From NCBI GenBank assembly GCA_050174775.1, contig JBFXJP010000005.1, positions 146,135-210,134 on the forward strand: a DNA stretch of 64,000 bases. The letters are read 5' to 3'. The stretch comes from Phycisphaerales bacterium. Lineage in GTDB: Bacteria > Planctomycetota > Phycisphaerae > Phycisphaerales > UBA1924. Shown piece after piece: positions 19,540-29,293 of the stretch; position 1 is the stretch's first letter; each line of letters begins with the position of its first letter. The notes under the pieces are model-generated. The model saw nothing but the letters and a program-made list of their open reading frames with translations, had not been told where the DNA came from and did not search any database. The position numbers and the translations under genes were made by a program.

Positions 19540-20604
19540 ATGACACACCACGCCGCACGACCGCGGCTTCTTTCGGATAGCGACATCGAGACGTACGCCG
19601 ACGCCGCGCTCCATGCCGTGCGCCTCGCGTCGCTCGTCTGCCGCGACGCGCAGCAGGACGCCTTTTCCGCGGGGCGCGCGGGCGCCATCACCAAGGGGGA
19701 CGATTCGCCCGTCACCTTTGCCGACTTTGCATCGCAAGCCGTCGTCGCGCACACACTCCGCGAGCGTCTCGCCCACGTCACGCTCGTGGGCGAAGAAGGC
19801 TCCGATTACCTGCGCGATCCCGAGCACGCCACGGCCCTTGAGCGCGCCACGCGCGCCACCTCACACGTCTGGAGCAGCGTCGATGAAGCCGCGCTCCTCG
19901 AAGCCGTCGACCTCGGCGCCGCGGACCCGCCCATCGACGGCTCCGGATTCTGGACTCTTGACCCCATCGACGGCACCAAAGGCTTCGTGCGCGGGGAGCA
20001 GTACTCCGTCTGTCTCGCGTACATCCTCGATGGCGAGCCGATCATCGCGGCCCTGGGCTGCCCCAACCTGCCCGCCTCGTTCGATGCCCCCTTCGATGCG
20101 CGCGATCCCGCGGGTCAGGTGTTTCTCGCCGTGAAGGGCGGCGGTGTGCGCGTGGCCGACGCCACGCAACCGGGTCACAATCCGCGCCCGCTCCACGTCG
20201 CGATGCGCGACCTCTCCGCACCCGCCCGCTCCTGCCGATCCGTCGATGCCTCCCACTCCGATCACGACGCGGCCACGCAGGTGCTCCGTGCCGCGGGCGC
20301 AGGGGGCGAGCCGCTCCGTCTCGATTCACAGTGCAAGTACGCCGTGGTCGCGCGAGGGCAGGCCGAGGTCTACCTTCGACTCCCCCGACGCGCCGGCGCC
20401 TACGTCGAGCGCATCTGGGACCACGCGCCGGGCGCCCTCATCGCGCAGGAAACCGGGTGCGTCGTCACCGACGTGCTGGGCAGACCGCTCGACTTCTCCA
20501 AAGGGCGTGGCCTCGACGCCAACCGCGGCGTCCTCTGCTGCCGCACAGAGTTCCACCAGCCCATCCTCAGGGCGATCCGCGAGTTCTTCTCCGCCCGATC
20601 ATAA
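19540..20604 (+). CDS. 3'(2'),5'-bisphosphate nucleotidase (inositol monophosphatase superfamily, HAL2/CysQ-like)
   Basis: WTLDPIDGTKGF and LVGEEG metal motifs, plus WDHAPGALI near the C-terminus. Confidence 0.8.
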   Translation: MTHHAARPRLLSDSDIETYADAALHAVRLASLVCRDAQQDAFSAGRAGAITKGDDSPVTFADFASQAVVAHTLRERLAHVTLVGEEGSDYLRDPEHATALERATRATSHVWSSVDEAALLEAVDLGAADPPIDGSGFWTLDPIDGTKGFVRGEQYSVCLAYILDGEPIIAALGCPNLPASFDAPFDARDPAGQVFLAVKGGGVRVADATQPGHNPRPLHVAMRDLSAPARSCRSVDASHSDHDAATQVLRAAGAGGEPLRLDSQCKYAVVARGQAEVYLRLPRRAGAYVERIWDHAPGALIAQETGCVVTDVLGRPLDFSKGRGLDANRGVLCCRTEFHQPILRAIREFFSARS

Positions 20605-20825
20605 GCCGAACAATGGCGGAGCGAACCATCACGCGAGCACTGCGTCTGGATGGAGAGCAGGAACGAGAGTGACCGAACAGAGTCGGTATGCCCCTCACCT
20701 GCCCCGCACGCGCGGACTGGACGAGCCGCGCCGCGCGTCGGATGGTGTCGGGACAGCCGGCTCGCACACGGGGCGACCCGCTCGATCATGCACACACGCG
20801 GCTCGGCCGCAGGAGGAATCTACGG

Positions 20826-22268
20826 ATGCAGTTTCGCAAGGCTACCTGGTTGACCCTCGCCAGCGCCACCATCGCGCTCGGGGCTCTCGCGCCGTTCACG
20901 CACGCGACGCCCGACGACGAGGCCGCCATCGCGCAGGCCGAGTCGCTGTCGAAAGCATTCCGGCGCGCGGCCGCCAAGGTCCGCCCCGCCGTTGTGCAGG
21001 TCCGCTCCAAGCAGACCATCGTCCAACGCGTCTTCGACCCCTTCGAGCAGATGTTCGGCTCCCCCTTCGGCAACCGGGGCCCGCAGACCCGCGAGTTCCA
21101 GCGGCAGGGCCTCGGCTCGGGCGTCATCATCGACCGCGAGGGACACATCCTCACGAACAACCACGTCATCCAGGACGCGGACGAGCTGGTCATCGTGTTC
21201 CACGACGAGACGCAGGCCGAGGCCAAGCTCGTCGGCGCCGACCCCGCCACCGACCTGGCCGTGATCAAGGTGGACCCGTCCTCCCTCTCCGCGGCCGTGA
21301 GCGCCGCAACGCTGGGCGACTCCGACAAGATGGAGGTCGGCGACTGGGTCATCGCCATCGGCTCGCCCCTCGAGCTGCAGGAGACGGTCACCGCGGGCAT
21401 CATCAGCGCGACCGGCCGGCGCCAGGGAATCATCCGCTCGAGCGAAGGGCTCGGGTACGAGTCGTTCATCCAGACCGACGCGGCCATCAACCCCGGCAAC
21501 TCCGGCGGCCCGCTCATCAACCTGCGTGGTGAGGTGATCGGCATCAACACAGCCATCAAGAGCACCTCCGGCGGCAGCATCGGCCTGGGCTTCTCGATTC
21601 CCACCTCGATGGCGAAGACCGTGGCCGAGCAGATCATCGAGACCGGCTCGGTGAAGCGCGGATACCTCGGCGTCGGTCTCGACACCGTCACCACCGAGAA
21701 CGCCGCGCTGCTGGGCCTCGACAAGGACACGCGCGGCGCCGTGGTCACCACCGTCGAGAAGGACTCACCCGCGGACAAGGCGGGGCTGCAGGAGAAGGAC
21801 GTGATCGTGGCGATCAACGGGAGCGACGTGCGCGAGCTGGCGGACGTGCAGCTGAAGATCGCGGGCGTGCGGCCGGACAGCGAGGCGAGCATCAAAATCC
21901 TGCGGGACGGGAAAGAGCGCGAGGTGACGGTGCGCGTGAGCGAGCGGCCTTCGTTGGCTACCGCGGGCGGGGGGATCGGGCTGTCGGTGGAGGATGTGGA
22001 TCGTGCGACGGCCCGTCGTCTGGGGCTTCGTCAGCCGATGGGCGCGCGGGTGACGGCGGTGGCGGCGGGGAGCGAGGCGGAGAAGGCGGGGTTCGCGGAA
22101 GGCGACATCATCTTGTCACTCAACAACTTGCGCGTGCCCGACGCGACGACGCTGCAGGACTATCTTGACAGAGCGCCGGCGGGGATGCGTCTGCAGTTCC
22201 AGGTGGTGGACGCGCAGGGGGCCACGGGAGTGAAAAGTTTGCGGGCTCCCAGCGCTTCAGGCCGATAA
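20826..22268 (+). CDS. Do/HtrA-family periplasmic serine protease with two PDZ domains
   Basis: AGGAGG SD 9 nt before the ATG. Signal peptide present. Motifs GSGVIIDREGHILTNNHV and TDAAINPGNSGGPLINLRGEVIGINTAI. Two PDZ-like segments. Confidence 0.9.
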   Translation: MQFRKATWLTLASATIALGALAPFTHATPDDEAAIAQAESLSKAFRRAAAKVRPAVVQVRSKQTIVQRVFDPFEQMFGSPFGNRGPQTREFQRQGLGSGVIIDREGHILTNNHVIQDADELVIVFHDETQAEAKLVGADPATDLAVIKVDPSSLSAAVSAATLGDSDKMEVGDWVIAIGSPLELQETVTAGIISATGRRQGIIRSSEGLGYESFIQTDAAINPGNSGGPLINLRGEVIGINTAIKSTSGGSIGLGFSIPTSMAKTVAEQIIETGSVKRGYLGVGLDTVTTENAALLGLDKDTRGAVVTTVEKDSPADKAGLQEKDVIVAINGSDVRELADVQLKIAGVRPDSEASIKILRDGKEREVTVRVSERPSLATAGGGIGLSVEDVDRATARRLGLRQPMGARVTAVAAGSEAEKAGFAEGDIILSLNNLRVPDATTLQDYLDRAPAGMRLQFQVVDAQGATGVKSLRAPSASGR

Positions 22269-22306
22269 CCGGTACGATTGGGTCGATCTCTCTCTCTCCT
22301 CCAGCG

Positions 22307-22342
22307 GGGCGCCGTCTTACGATGGCGCCCTGCTTTTTTCTT
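22307..22342 (+). terminator. Rho-independent terminator
   Basis: Stem GGGCGCC/GGCGCCC (22307-22313 and 22324-22330) followed by TGCTTTTTTCTT. Confidence 0.65.
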
Positions 22343-22409
22343 GCACGGCGAGAATGGCAAGAAATGGCCGAGAGAGCGCAGTGCGGGGTGATGTGCGCTG
22401 TTTCGTTGC

Positions 22410-24293
22410 TTAACGGGGAGCGCGGAGAAAGAGCCCTTGACCGACGAAACCTTCGGGGGTTGCGCGCAGGTTTCCGACCATGTCGCCCAGGTGTCGGAGG
22501 ATGGCATCCGCGGGGACGGGGGTGCGCGCGGACTCGGGCATGTGCTCGCGCATCATGTCGAGGTATTCCTTCTCCTCCTCGGGGTCGAGCTCGAGTGAGC
22601 GGATCTGCTCCTGCATGATCTTGTCGAAGTTCTCGGCGGACCATGCGGAGTAGAGGAGCGTGGGTCGGAGTCGCGTCCAGGAGTGTCCGATGGCGGGGCC
22701 GCTGATGGCGCGTGTGGCGTCGATGAACGTGGGGTCGTCGGCGAGCTTGGGCCGGTCGGGGTTGGAGGATTCGCGGAGCGCGTCTTCGACGGAGGCGGGG
22801 GGGCCTGCGAAGAACCAGGCGCCGCCGAGCGCGAAGGCGAAGCCTCCGCCGAAGGGCCCCTGCATTTCCCAGATCTGATGGCCGAGGTATTCGCGGGGCG
22901 CGAAGCCGAAGAGGCCTTGCGCGACGGTGGCGATGGAGGAGGTGAGCGTCTGTGGGTCTTTCACTGCGATGGCGATGAGTGAGGACTGGCTGTCGGCGGA
23001 GTAGGGCTGTGAGATGCGGGAGGCGACGTGGAGTTCGGGGGCGAGTGAGGAGGTGATCGTGCCGACGGTGTTGAGGAAGTCCTCGATGAAGGGGCCGGCT
23101 TCGGCGCGCTGTTCTTCGGGGAGGTTGTTCATGACGGCGCGGATGGTGGGGACGACCTGCGCGAAGTTGATGCGTCCGGAGGTGAGGCTTGCGGCGTCGG
23201 CGGGGATGAAGGGTGGGGGGGAGAAGGGTCCGGGCTCGGCGTTGAGGAGGGAGATGAGGCCGGTCTTGTTGGGGACGCGGGCGGCGAAGGTGTATTGGGC
23301 CGCGGCGTCGGGGGTGTCGAATCGGATGGCGCCCGCGACGGAGCGGAGTTGATCGAGGCCGAAGACGGAGAACATCATGGGGTCGTCGGTGATCTGCGCT
23401 GCGGGGTTGGCGGCGAGGCGTGCGGCGGCGAGGCCGTCCTGCATGGCCTTGAAGATGGGCTGCATGTTGAGGACGGCGTAGGCGTGCTGGTCGGCGCGTT
23501 GGCCGAGCATGTCGAGGGCGGCGATGTAGTCGGGATTGTCGTCGGCGGCGTCGCCGAGGTCCTTGCCCTCGATGCGGTCGATGGCGTCGTGGAGGGCGTC
23601 GAGGTGTGAGGAGGCGAGGAAGACGTCGTTGACACGTGTGATGAGGATGACGGAGGGGATGTCTTCGTCGGCTTCGGGCTCGTCGTCCCAGAAGACGTCC
23701 TGGTCGTCGCCGTCTTCGGCGGGCTGGGGCTCGGGCGCGGGCTCTTCTTCATCGCCCTTGAAGGTGATGCGGGTGATCTCGTGCTCGCCGTAGTCGAGGA
23801 GATCGGAGACGGCGCGGTCTCCGTCGACGGCCTGCTTGATGAGTTTCTCGATGGCTTCCTCGACGGAAGCGATGGCGTCTTCCTCGGCGCCTTCGTAGTC
23901 GGCGAGCAGGAGGAGCTGGGGGGCGGGCTCTTCGTCCTGGAGGCGCGGGTCGTTGGGGGGGAAGGCGTCGGAGCGTGCCAGGAAGAAGGCGAGGCCTACT
24001 GCGGCTTTGGGGGGCTGGATCTCATCGAGGGAGATGCCCGACTCTTCCCAGGGCTGGAGGAGGTCGTCGGCGGAGGCGCCCAGGATCGTGTGGAAGTAGG
24101 AGCGGACCTGCTTGTCGTTCCAGAGGGAGTGGAGTGAGGAGCGTTTGAACGCGGCGACGGCTTCGGAGGTGTTGTCGCAGGCGATGACTGCGAGAGAGTC
24201 GGGGGGCGCGAGGGAGGCGATGGTCGGGCCGGCGTGCGTGAGGGGGGAGAGGAGCGTGAGCGCGAGGAGGGCGGCGGGCGTGCAGGAACGCAT
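22410..24293 (-). CDS. Large secreted protein, function unknown
   Basis: Signal peptide MRSCTPAALLALTLLSPLTHAG. Normal amino-acid composition with an acidic insert. No recognisable catalytic motif. Confidence 0.6.
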   Translation of the reverse strand: MRSCTPAALLALTLLSPLTHAGPTIASLAPPDSLAVIACDNTSEAVAAFKRSSLHSLWNDKQVRSYFHTILGASADDLLQPWEESGISLDEIQPPKAAVGLAFFLARSDAFPPNDPRLQDEEPAPQLLLLADYEGAEEDAIASVEEAIEKLIKQAVDGDRAVSDLLDYGEHEITRITFKGDEEEPAPEPQPAEDGDDQDVFWDDEPEADEDIPSVILITRVNDVFLASSHLDALHDAIDRIEGKDLGDAADDNPDYIAALDMLGQRADQHAYAVLNMQPIFKAMQDGLAAARLAANPAAQITDDPMMFSVFGLDQLRSVAGAIRFDTPDAAAQYTFAARVPNKTGLISLLNAEPGPFSPPPFIPADAASLTSGRINFAQVVPTIRAVMNNLPEEQRAEAGPFIEDFLNTVGTITSSLAPELHVASRISQPYSADSQSSLIAIAVKDPQTLTSSIATVAQGLFGFAPREYLGHQIWEMQGPFGGGFAFALGGAWFFAGPPASVEDALRESSNPDRPKLADDPTFIDATRAISGPAIGHSWTRLRPTLLYSAWSAENFDKIMQEQIRSLELDPEEEKEYLDMMREHMPESARTPVPADAILRHLGDMVGNLRATPEGFVGQGLFLRAPR

Positions 24294-24345
24294 GGCGTGC
24301 TCCGGGGTGTGTCGGTGGGGCGTGCGGGAACTCGACGCGTATCGG

Positions 24346-25377
24346 TTATTGGGGGGACGAGTCGTTGAGGACCGGGGGAGGTGTGAATTCTTCGCGCGGC
24401 GGGGGCTGGTTGTAGGAGTATCCGGAGTTGGGGTTGTCCTTGTCGTAGGCGAAGGCTTCGCGGTTGTTGAGGAAATCGCGGAGGTAGCGGGCTGGGATGG
24501 CGAAGCCGAGGCCTTCGCCGAAGGGGATCTTCATGTTGCAGACGCCGATGACTTCGCCGCGGTCGTTGAAGAGGGGACCGCCGGAGTTTCCGGGGTTGAT
24601 CTGCGCGGTGGTCTGGATGTAGGTGACGCCTTCGAAGTTTCGGAGGGTGGTGGCGATGACGCCGCGTGAGAGTGTGCGTTCGAGGCCGAGGGGCGCGCCG
24701 ATGGCGAAGACGTTCTCGCCGACGGCGAGGGCGTCGTCTGCGGAGACGTAGACGGTGTGGAAGGGCTTCTTGTTGGGGTGTTCGAGTTTGAGGAGGGCGA
24801 GGTCGAGGTGGTTGTTCACGGCGAGGATTCGGGCGTCGTCGATGACGAGTCGCTGGAAGTCGGCCTGTCCCTTCTGGAAGACGGTGCACTTGACGCGTGT
24901 TTCGCCCTGGATGACGTGGGCGTTGGTGACGGCGTAGCCGTCGGGGTGGATGAGGAAGCCCGAGCCGAGGCCTGAGGGTGTGGAGATGAGGATGACGGCT
25001 TCGCCGAAGCGTTCGGCCTGATCGCGCGCGGAGCGTTCGGGGAGGTTGCGCGCGGAGGAGAAGAGCTTGTCGGCTGCCGCGGCGGACTGGGGCGCTTCGT
25101 CGGGGTTGGCGCGTTCGATGGATTCGATGAGTGAGCGCGGGACCTTGAGGACGTCGAAGGCCATGTCGAGCCAGACGGTGTCGGAGGTTTCCTTGAGGAT
25201 GGGTGCTTTGACGACGCGGCCGTCGGTGAAGCGGATGGTGTCGGCGGAGACGGGCGCGGAGGAGGGTGCGGGCGCGGTGGTTTGTGTGTCGATTGGTGGG
25301 GGCGTGTCGGTCTGCGCGAGCGCTGCGGAGAGGAGGAGGGAAGCGGTGAGGAACGGCGCGAGGATGATGGACGGCAT
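24346..25377 (-). CDS. Trypsin-like (S1C) serine protease, secreted
   Basis: Start at MPSIILAPFLTASLLLSAALA. Motifs GSGFLIHPDGYAVTNAHV and TTAQINPGNSGGPLFNDRGEVIGV. No PDZ domain. Confidence 0.8.
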   Translation of the reverse strand: MPSIILAPFLTASLLLSAALAQTDTPPPIDTQTTAPAPSSAPVSADTIRFTDGRVVKAPILKETSDTVWLDMAFDVLKVPRSLIESIERANPDEAPQSAAAADKLFSSARNLPERSARDQAERFGEAVILISTPSGLGSGFLIHPDGYAVTNAHVIQGETRVKCTVFQKGQADFQRLVIDDARILAVNNHLDLALLKLEHPNKKPFHTVYVSADDALAVGENVFAIGAPLGLERTLSRGVIATTLRNFEGVTYIQTTAQINPGNSGGPLFNDRGEVIGVCNMKIPFGEGLGFAIPARYLRDFLNNREAFAYDKDNPNSGYSYNQPPPREEFTPPPVLNDSSPQ

Positions 25378-25492
25378 GGTGTTTCCCGGGAAGGGATGGC
25401 GGCGCGGTGACGCCGGGTAGAGTATCCGGGCTCGGCTCGGAAGGGCGGGGCGATCAGGGATTTGCATCGCGCGCGAGCGCAAGGAGTCGGGC

Positions 25493-27820
25493 ATGCGTGG
25501 CACGGTGACGGCGTTGGTGTGTGGGATGTGTGCGGGCGTGTGCTCGGGTCAGAGCGGGGTGAGCCTTGGGAGGTATTTCGGGTTCGATCCGATGCGGATC
25601 GTGGTGGTGGACCCTGGGTGCGGGCCCGTGGTGGTGGCGGACGTGAACGGGGACGGGCTGAACGACCTGGTGGTGGTGAACAACCGGAAGAGCCGCATCG
25701 AGGCGCACGTGCAGCGCGCGAAGCCGCTCAGTGAGGAGGAGGCCGCGGCGCGGGGGAAGGTGAACGAGCTGCCGCAGAGCCGGTGGTATGAGCGGCGCGA
25801 GATCGGGGTGTCGGCGCGCGTGGGGGGGATCCGCGTGTCGGACATGGACGGGGACGGTGTGGTGGACATCGTGTACGCGGGGCAGCCTGGGGAGCTGGTG
25901 GTGCTGAAGCAGAGCAAGGAGGGGGAGTTCTCGGTGTTGTCTCGTCGGCGGGTGAACGGGCTCTCGTCGGGGCGGGACGCGGTGCTGGTGGCGGATGTGG
26001 CGGGTGATTCGCGCGCGGAGGTGTTGGCGATTGCGGGGGGGCGTGTGCAGGTGTTCCCGGTGCTGGGTGGGGGGAGGTTGGGGGAGCCGACGCGGCTTGG
26101 AGGGGGGAGCGCGTCGCAGCAGGCCGTGGCGATGTTCGTGGAGGACTACGACGGGAACGGGTTGACGGACGTGATGGCGGTGGCGCCGGACGACGCGGCG
26201 CCGTTGCGGATGTGGTTGCAGGGGAGTGTGGGTGGGGGGGAGAAGAGGGGGGCGTTGGGGCCGGAGTTGCGGTTTGAGATGCCGGCGTTGCGCGAGGCGG
26301 ATTCGATCCGTGTGGGTGGGCGCGAGGCTGCCATGGTGGGGGTGATCGAGCGCGCGAGCCGCAGGATGGTGTTGCTGGATCTGGTGGAGGAGAGCATCGA
26401 GAAGGCGGGGACGTCGGGTGGCGAGCGGGAGGCGCAGGCCGAGGTGACTGCGTTTGAGGATGAGGAGACGAAGGATCGCGCGGTGGTGGTGGCGGACGTG
26501 GACGGGGATGGGCGGGCGGACGTGCTTGCGGGGGATGTGAAGGGGAACGCGTTGGTGCTGCATCGGCAGCGCGCGGGGATCGGGCTTGGTCGGGGCGAGC
26601 GGTTCAGTTCGCTGAAGGCGCCGAAGGCTCTGGCGGTGGGTGCGTGGGACTCGAGCGCGAACAAGGTGTTCGTGCTGAGTGAGGAAGAGAAGGCGGTGGG
26701 GATCGCCACGTACGAGGATGGTCGGCTGGGTTTCCCGCAGCCGGTGACGTTGTCGACGTCGGGGGCGTCGCCGGTGGCGATCGGCCACATGACGCTCACG
26801 GATGGGCCGGCGTTAGCGGTGGTGGTGCAGAACCGGCGCGATCACACGCTGGAGGTGCATCGTCCGGGTGGTGGTGAGGTGAAGACGGTGGCGCTGGAGG
26901 GGGTGAATCGCCCGCCCAGGTCGATGCTGAGCGCGGACATCGACCATGACGGCTGGACGGACCTGATGCTGTTCACGCCGGGCGAGCCGATGGTGATGGT
27001 GCGGGGCGTGGATTCGCCGGAGGGGGCGAAGGTGCTGATTGATAAGACGATGCCGCAGTTCGGGCTGGTGCAGAGCGCGGGTCCGGACAACACGGCGTTG
27101 TTCGACGCGGACGGGGATGGGGAAGCGGAGTTGTTGATCGCGGACAAGAACTTCGTGCGTGCCGCGGCGTTCGATGCGACGAACGGGTGGCGTGTGATCA
27201 CGCAGGTGACGGAGGCGGACCCGTCGACGCAGTTCGTGGGGCTCGCGGTGCTTGCGGACGGGGGGACGGCGCGGATCGTGGCGTCGGACAAGGGGAGCAA
27301 GCGGCTCGTGATGATGGAGCGGGACAAGGACGGGGCGTGGGAGATCGTGGACCGGGTGCGTCTGACGGGGTTCGATCCGAAGGCGATCTATGCGGGGGCG
27401 TTTGCGGGCGACGGGCGCGCGGGGCTGCTGTGTCTGTCGGATGAGGCGTTCGGTGTGGTGCGTCTGTCGGGGACGCGTCGGGCGCTTAAGGAGTTCGAGA
27501 GCTGGCGGTCGGACGATGAGAATCGTCTGGAGCACGAGATGATCGTGGGTGACGTGAACGGGGACGGGTTCACGGACATCGCGGTGCTGGACGCGCGCGA
27601 GCAGATGTGCCAGGTGTTCACGCTGAGCGCGACGCGGAAGCTGCACATGGCGACGGAGTTCGAGGTGTTCGAGTCGAGGCTGTTCCAGGGGGGCGAGCCC
27701 CGGGAGTATGAGCCGAGCATGGGCGCGATCGAGGACGTGACGGGCGACGGCGCGGCGGACCTTGTGCTGCTGGCGCACGACCGGGTGCTGATCTATCCGC
27801 AGATGACGACGAAGAAGTGA
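25493..27820 (+). CDS. FG-GAP/VCBS-repeat (integrin-alpha-like beta-propeller) secreted protein
   Basis: Repeated Ca-binding-like DxDGDG motifs: DVNGDGLNDLVVV, DMDGDGVVDIV, DYDGNGLTDVM, DVDGDGRADVL, DADGDGEAELL, DVNGDGFTDIA. Confidence 0.75.
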   Translation: MRGTVTALVCGMCAGVCSGQSGVSLGRYFGFDPMRIVVVDPGCGPVVVADVNGDGLNDLVVVNNRKSRIEAHVQRAKPLSEEEAAARGKVNELPQSRWYERREIGVSARVGGIRVSDMDGDGVVDIVYAGQPGELVVLKQSKEGEFSVLSRRRVNGLSSGRDAVLVADVAGDSRAEVLAIAGGRVQVFPVLGGGRLGEPTRLGGGSASQQAVAMFVEDYDGNGLTDVMAVAPDDAAPLRMWLQGSVGGGEKRGALGPELRFEMPALREADSIRVGGREAAMVGVIERASRRMVLLDLVEESIEKAGTSGGEREAQAEVTAFEDEETKDRAVVVADVDGDGRADVLAGDVKGNALVLHRQRAGIGLGRGERFSSLKAPKALAVGAWDSSANKVFVLSEEEKAVGIATYEDGRLGFPQPVTLSTSGASPVAIGHMTLTDGPALAVVVQNRRDHTLEVHRPGGGEVKTVALEGVNRPPRSMLSADIDHDGWTDLMLFTPGEPMVMVRGVDSPEGAKVLIDKTMPQFGLVQSAGPDNTALFDADGDGEAELLIADKNFVRAAAFDATNGWRVITQVTEADPSTQFVGLAVLADGGTARIVASDKGSKRLVMMERDKDGAWEIVDRVRLTGFDPKAIYAGAFAGDGRAGLLCLSDEAFGVVRLSGTRRALKEFESWRSDDENRLEHEMIVGDVNGDGFTDIAVLDAREQMCQVFTLSATRKLHMATEFEVFESRLFQGGEPREYEPSMGAIEDVTGDGAADLVLLAHDRVLIYPQMTTKK

Positions 27821-27841
27821 GAGGGGGCTGGTCGAGGGATA

Positions 27842-29200
27842 TCAGCGGGCGCGGATGGGGCGGCGTTCGACGGTGGTGACGCCTGGCCTGGGCTCGGTGG
27901 GTGGGGATGACTCGGGCGTGGGCGCGACGGCGCGGACGTGGTCGAGCCGTTGCCGGAGGTTGTCGAGCACGTTCATGTAGTTGATGTAGGAGTCGTAGGG
28001 GGAGTCGTAGGGGTTGAAGTACTTGTGGACGTCGCCGTCGGCGAAGTACTTGGTGCACATGTAATAGAAGTGGTCGGAGGTGGTGAGCTTGCGCCAGTCG
28101 GCCAGGAGGTAGCGGGCTTCTTCGCGGGTGTGCTCGTCGGGGGAGCGCATCGCGGCGGCCGCGGCTGCTTTGAGGGGGGCTTCGAGTGAGAAGCACTCTT
28201 TGAGGGCGGACTGCTGCATGGCGTTGCCGAGCCATGCGGAGAGGTCGCGCTCGGTGTCGGCCCATGAGGTGAGGTTGGGGGCGTCGTATTCGCCGACGGG
28301 GTCGAAGTGCTCGAGGACTTCGGAGGGCGTGGCGAAGTGGTTCTGGCCGGGGTTGACGTCGAAGATCTTTTCGGGGAGGGCGTTCAAGAAGGGGAAGATG
28401 CCGGTCTCGGCCCACTGGTGCTCGCCGAAGGTTTCGTAGTCCATGAAGAGGTTGCAGAGGTAACCGTCGCCGTTGATGTTGTTCACCCAGTGGGCGAACT
28501 TCTCGGCGGTGAGGGGCCATTCGGACCAGCCTCGGTTGGAGAAGCGGAAGGCGACGTCGTCGGAGAGGCGGTAGTGCTTGAGGAGGAGGGAGAAGGGCTT
28601 GTTGTGGCGCGCGGTGACGGGGGGGAAGGGCGGGCGGTAGAGGTAGGTGGGTTTGCGGTAGGCGAGGAGCCAGTCGACGCCTTCGCAGATGGCGCCCTTG
28701 AAGCGGGGCTTTCCGTCGGGGTCTTGCCAGTCGGCGAGGTAGCGGGCGAGGTCGTTGGAGTAGATGAGCTCGGTGTTTCGGAAGACGGTGGGGGTCTGGC
28801 CGAAGAGATCGCGGATGCGCTGAGTGTGGAGGTTGACCTGCTCGCGGAACTCATCGCGCGAGTAGAGAAAGGAGAGGGAGTGGTGGTAGGTCTCGGCGAG
28901 GAACTCGCAGCAGCCGGTGTCGGCGAGGGCCTTGAAGGTGTCGAGGACGTCGGGGGCCCATGCTTCGAGCTGGTCGAGGCAGACGCCGGTGATGGCGTAG
29001 GAGACGCGGAAGCGGCCTTCGTGTCGCTTGACGAGGTCGAGGATGAGTTGCGTGGCGGGGCGGTAGCACTTGTGGGCTACTTTGCGGAGGATCTCGGCGT
29101 TGTTGGCGTCGTGGAAGTAGAAGGGGTCTTCATCGAAGACGGTGTACTTGCGGAGTCGGTAGGGCTGGTGGACCTGGAAATAGAAGACGACCGTGGCCAT
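27842..29200 (-). CDS. Glycoside hydrolase family 57 (alpha-amylase/glucanotransferase-like)
   Basis: N-terminus FYFQVHQPYRLRKY, with FMDYETFGEHQW containing the GH57 catalytic Glu context. Confidence 0.85.
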   Translation of the reverse strand: MATVVFYFQVHQPYRLRKYTVFDEDPFYFHDANNAEILRKVAHKCYRPATQLILDLVKRHEGRFRVSYAITGVCLDQLEAWAPDVLDTFKALADTGCCEFLAETYHHSLSFLYSRDEFREQVNLHTQRIRDLFGQTPTVFRNTELIYSNDLARYLADWQDPDGKPRFKGAICEGVDWLLAYRKPTYLYRPPFPPVTARHNKPFSLLLKHYRLSDDVAFRFSNRGWSEWPLTAEKFAHWVNNINGDGYLCNLFMDYETFGEHQWAETGIFPFLNALPEKIFDVNPGQNHFATPSEVLEHFDPVGEYDAPNLTSWADTERDLSAWLGNAMQQSALKECFSLEAPLKAAAAAAMRSPDEHTREEARYLLADWRKLTTSDHFYYMCTKYFADGDVHKYFNPYDSPYDSYINYMNVLDNLRQRLDHVRAVAPTPESSPPTEPRPGVTTVERRPIRAR

Positions 29201-29293
29201 ATGGGGATTGTTCCGTGTTTTGGTGGCTGGACAAGGGGGGAGGCGCGGGAAGGGGGGAGAAGTGGTGATTATCGGCGGATGCGCGGGTGAGAG

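Noticed and set aside
15920-19558. 1212-aa minus-strand ORF
   Set aside because: It is antisense to the ECF sigma and Ser/Thr kinase genes, which have clear motifs. The translation is Arg/Gly/Ala/Asp-rich without motifs.
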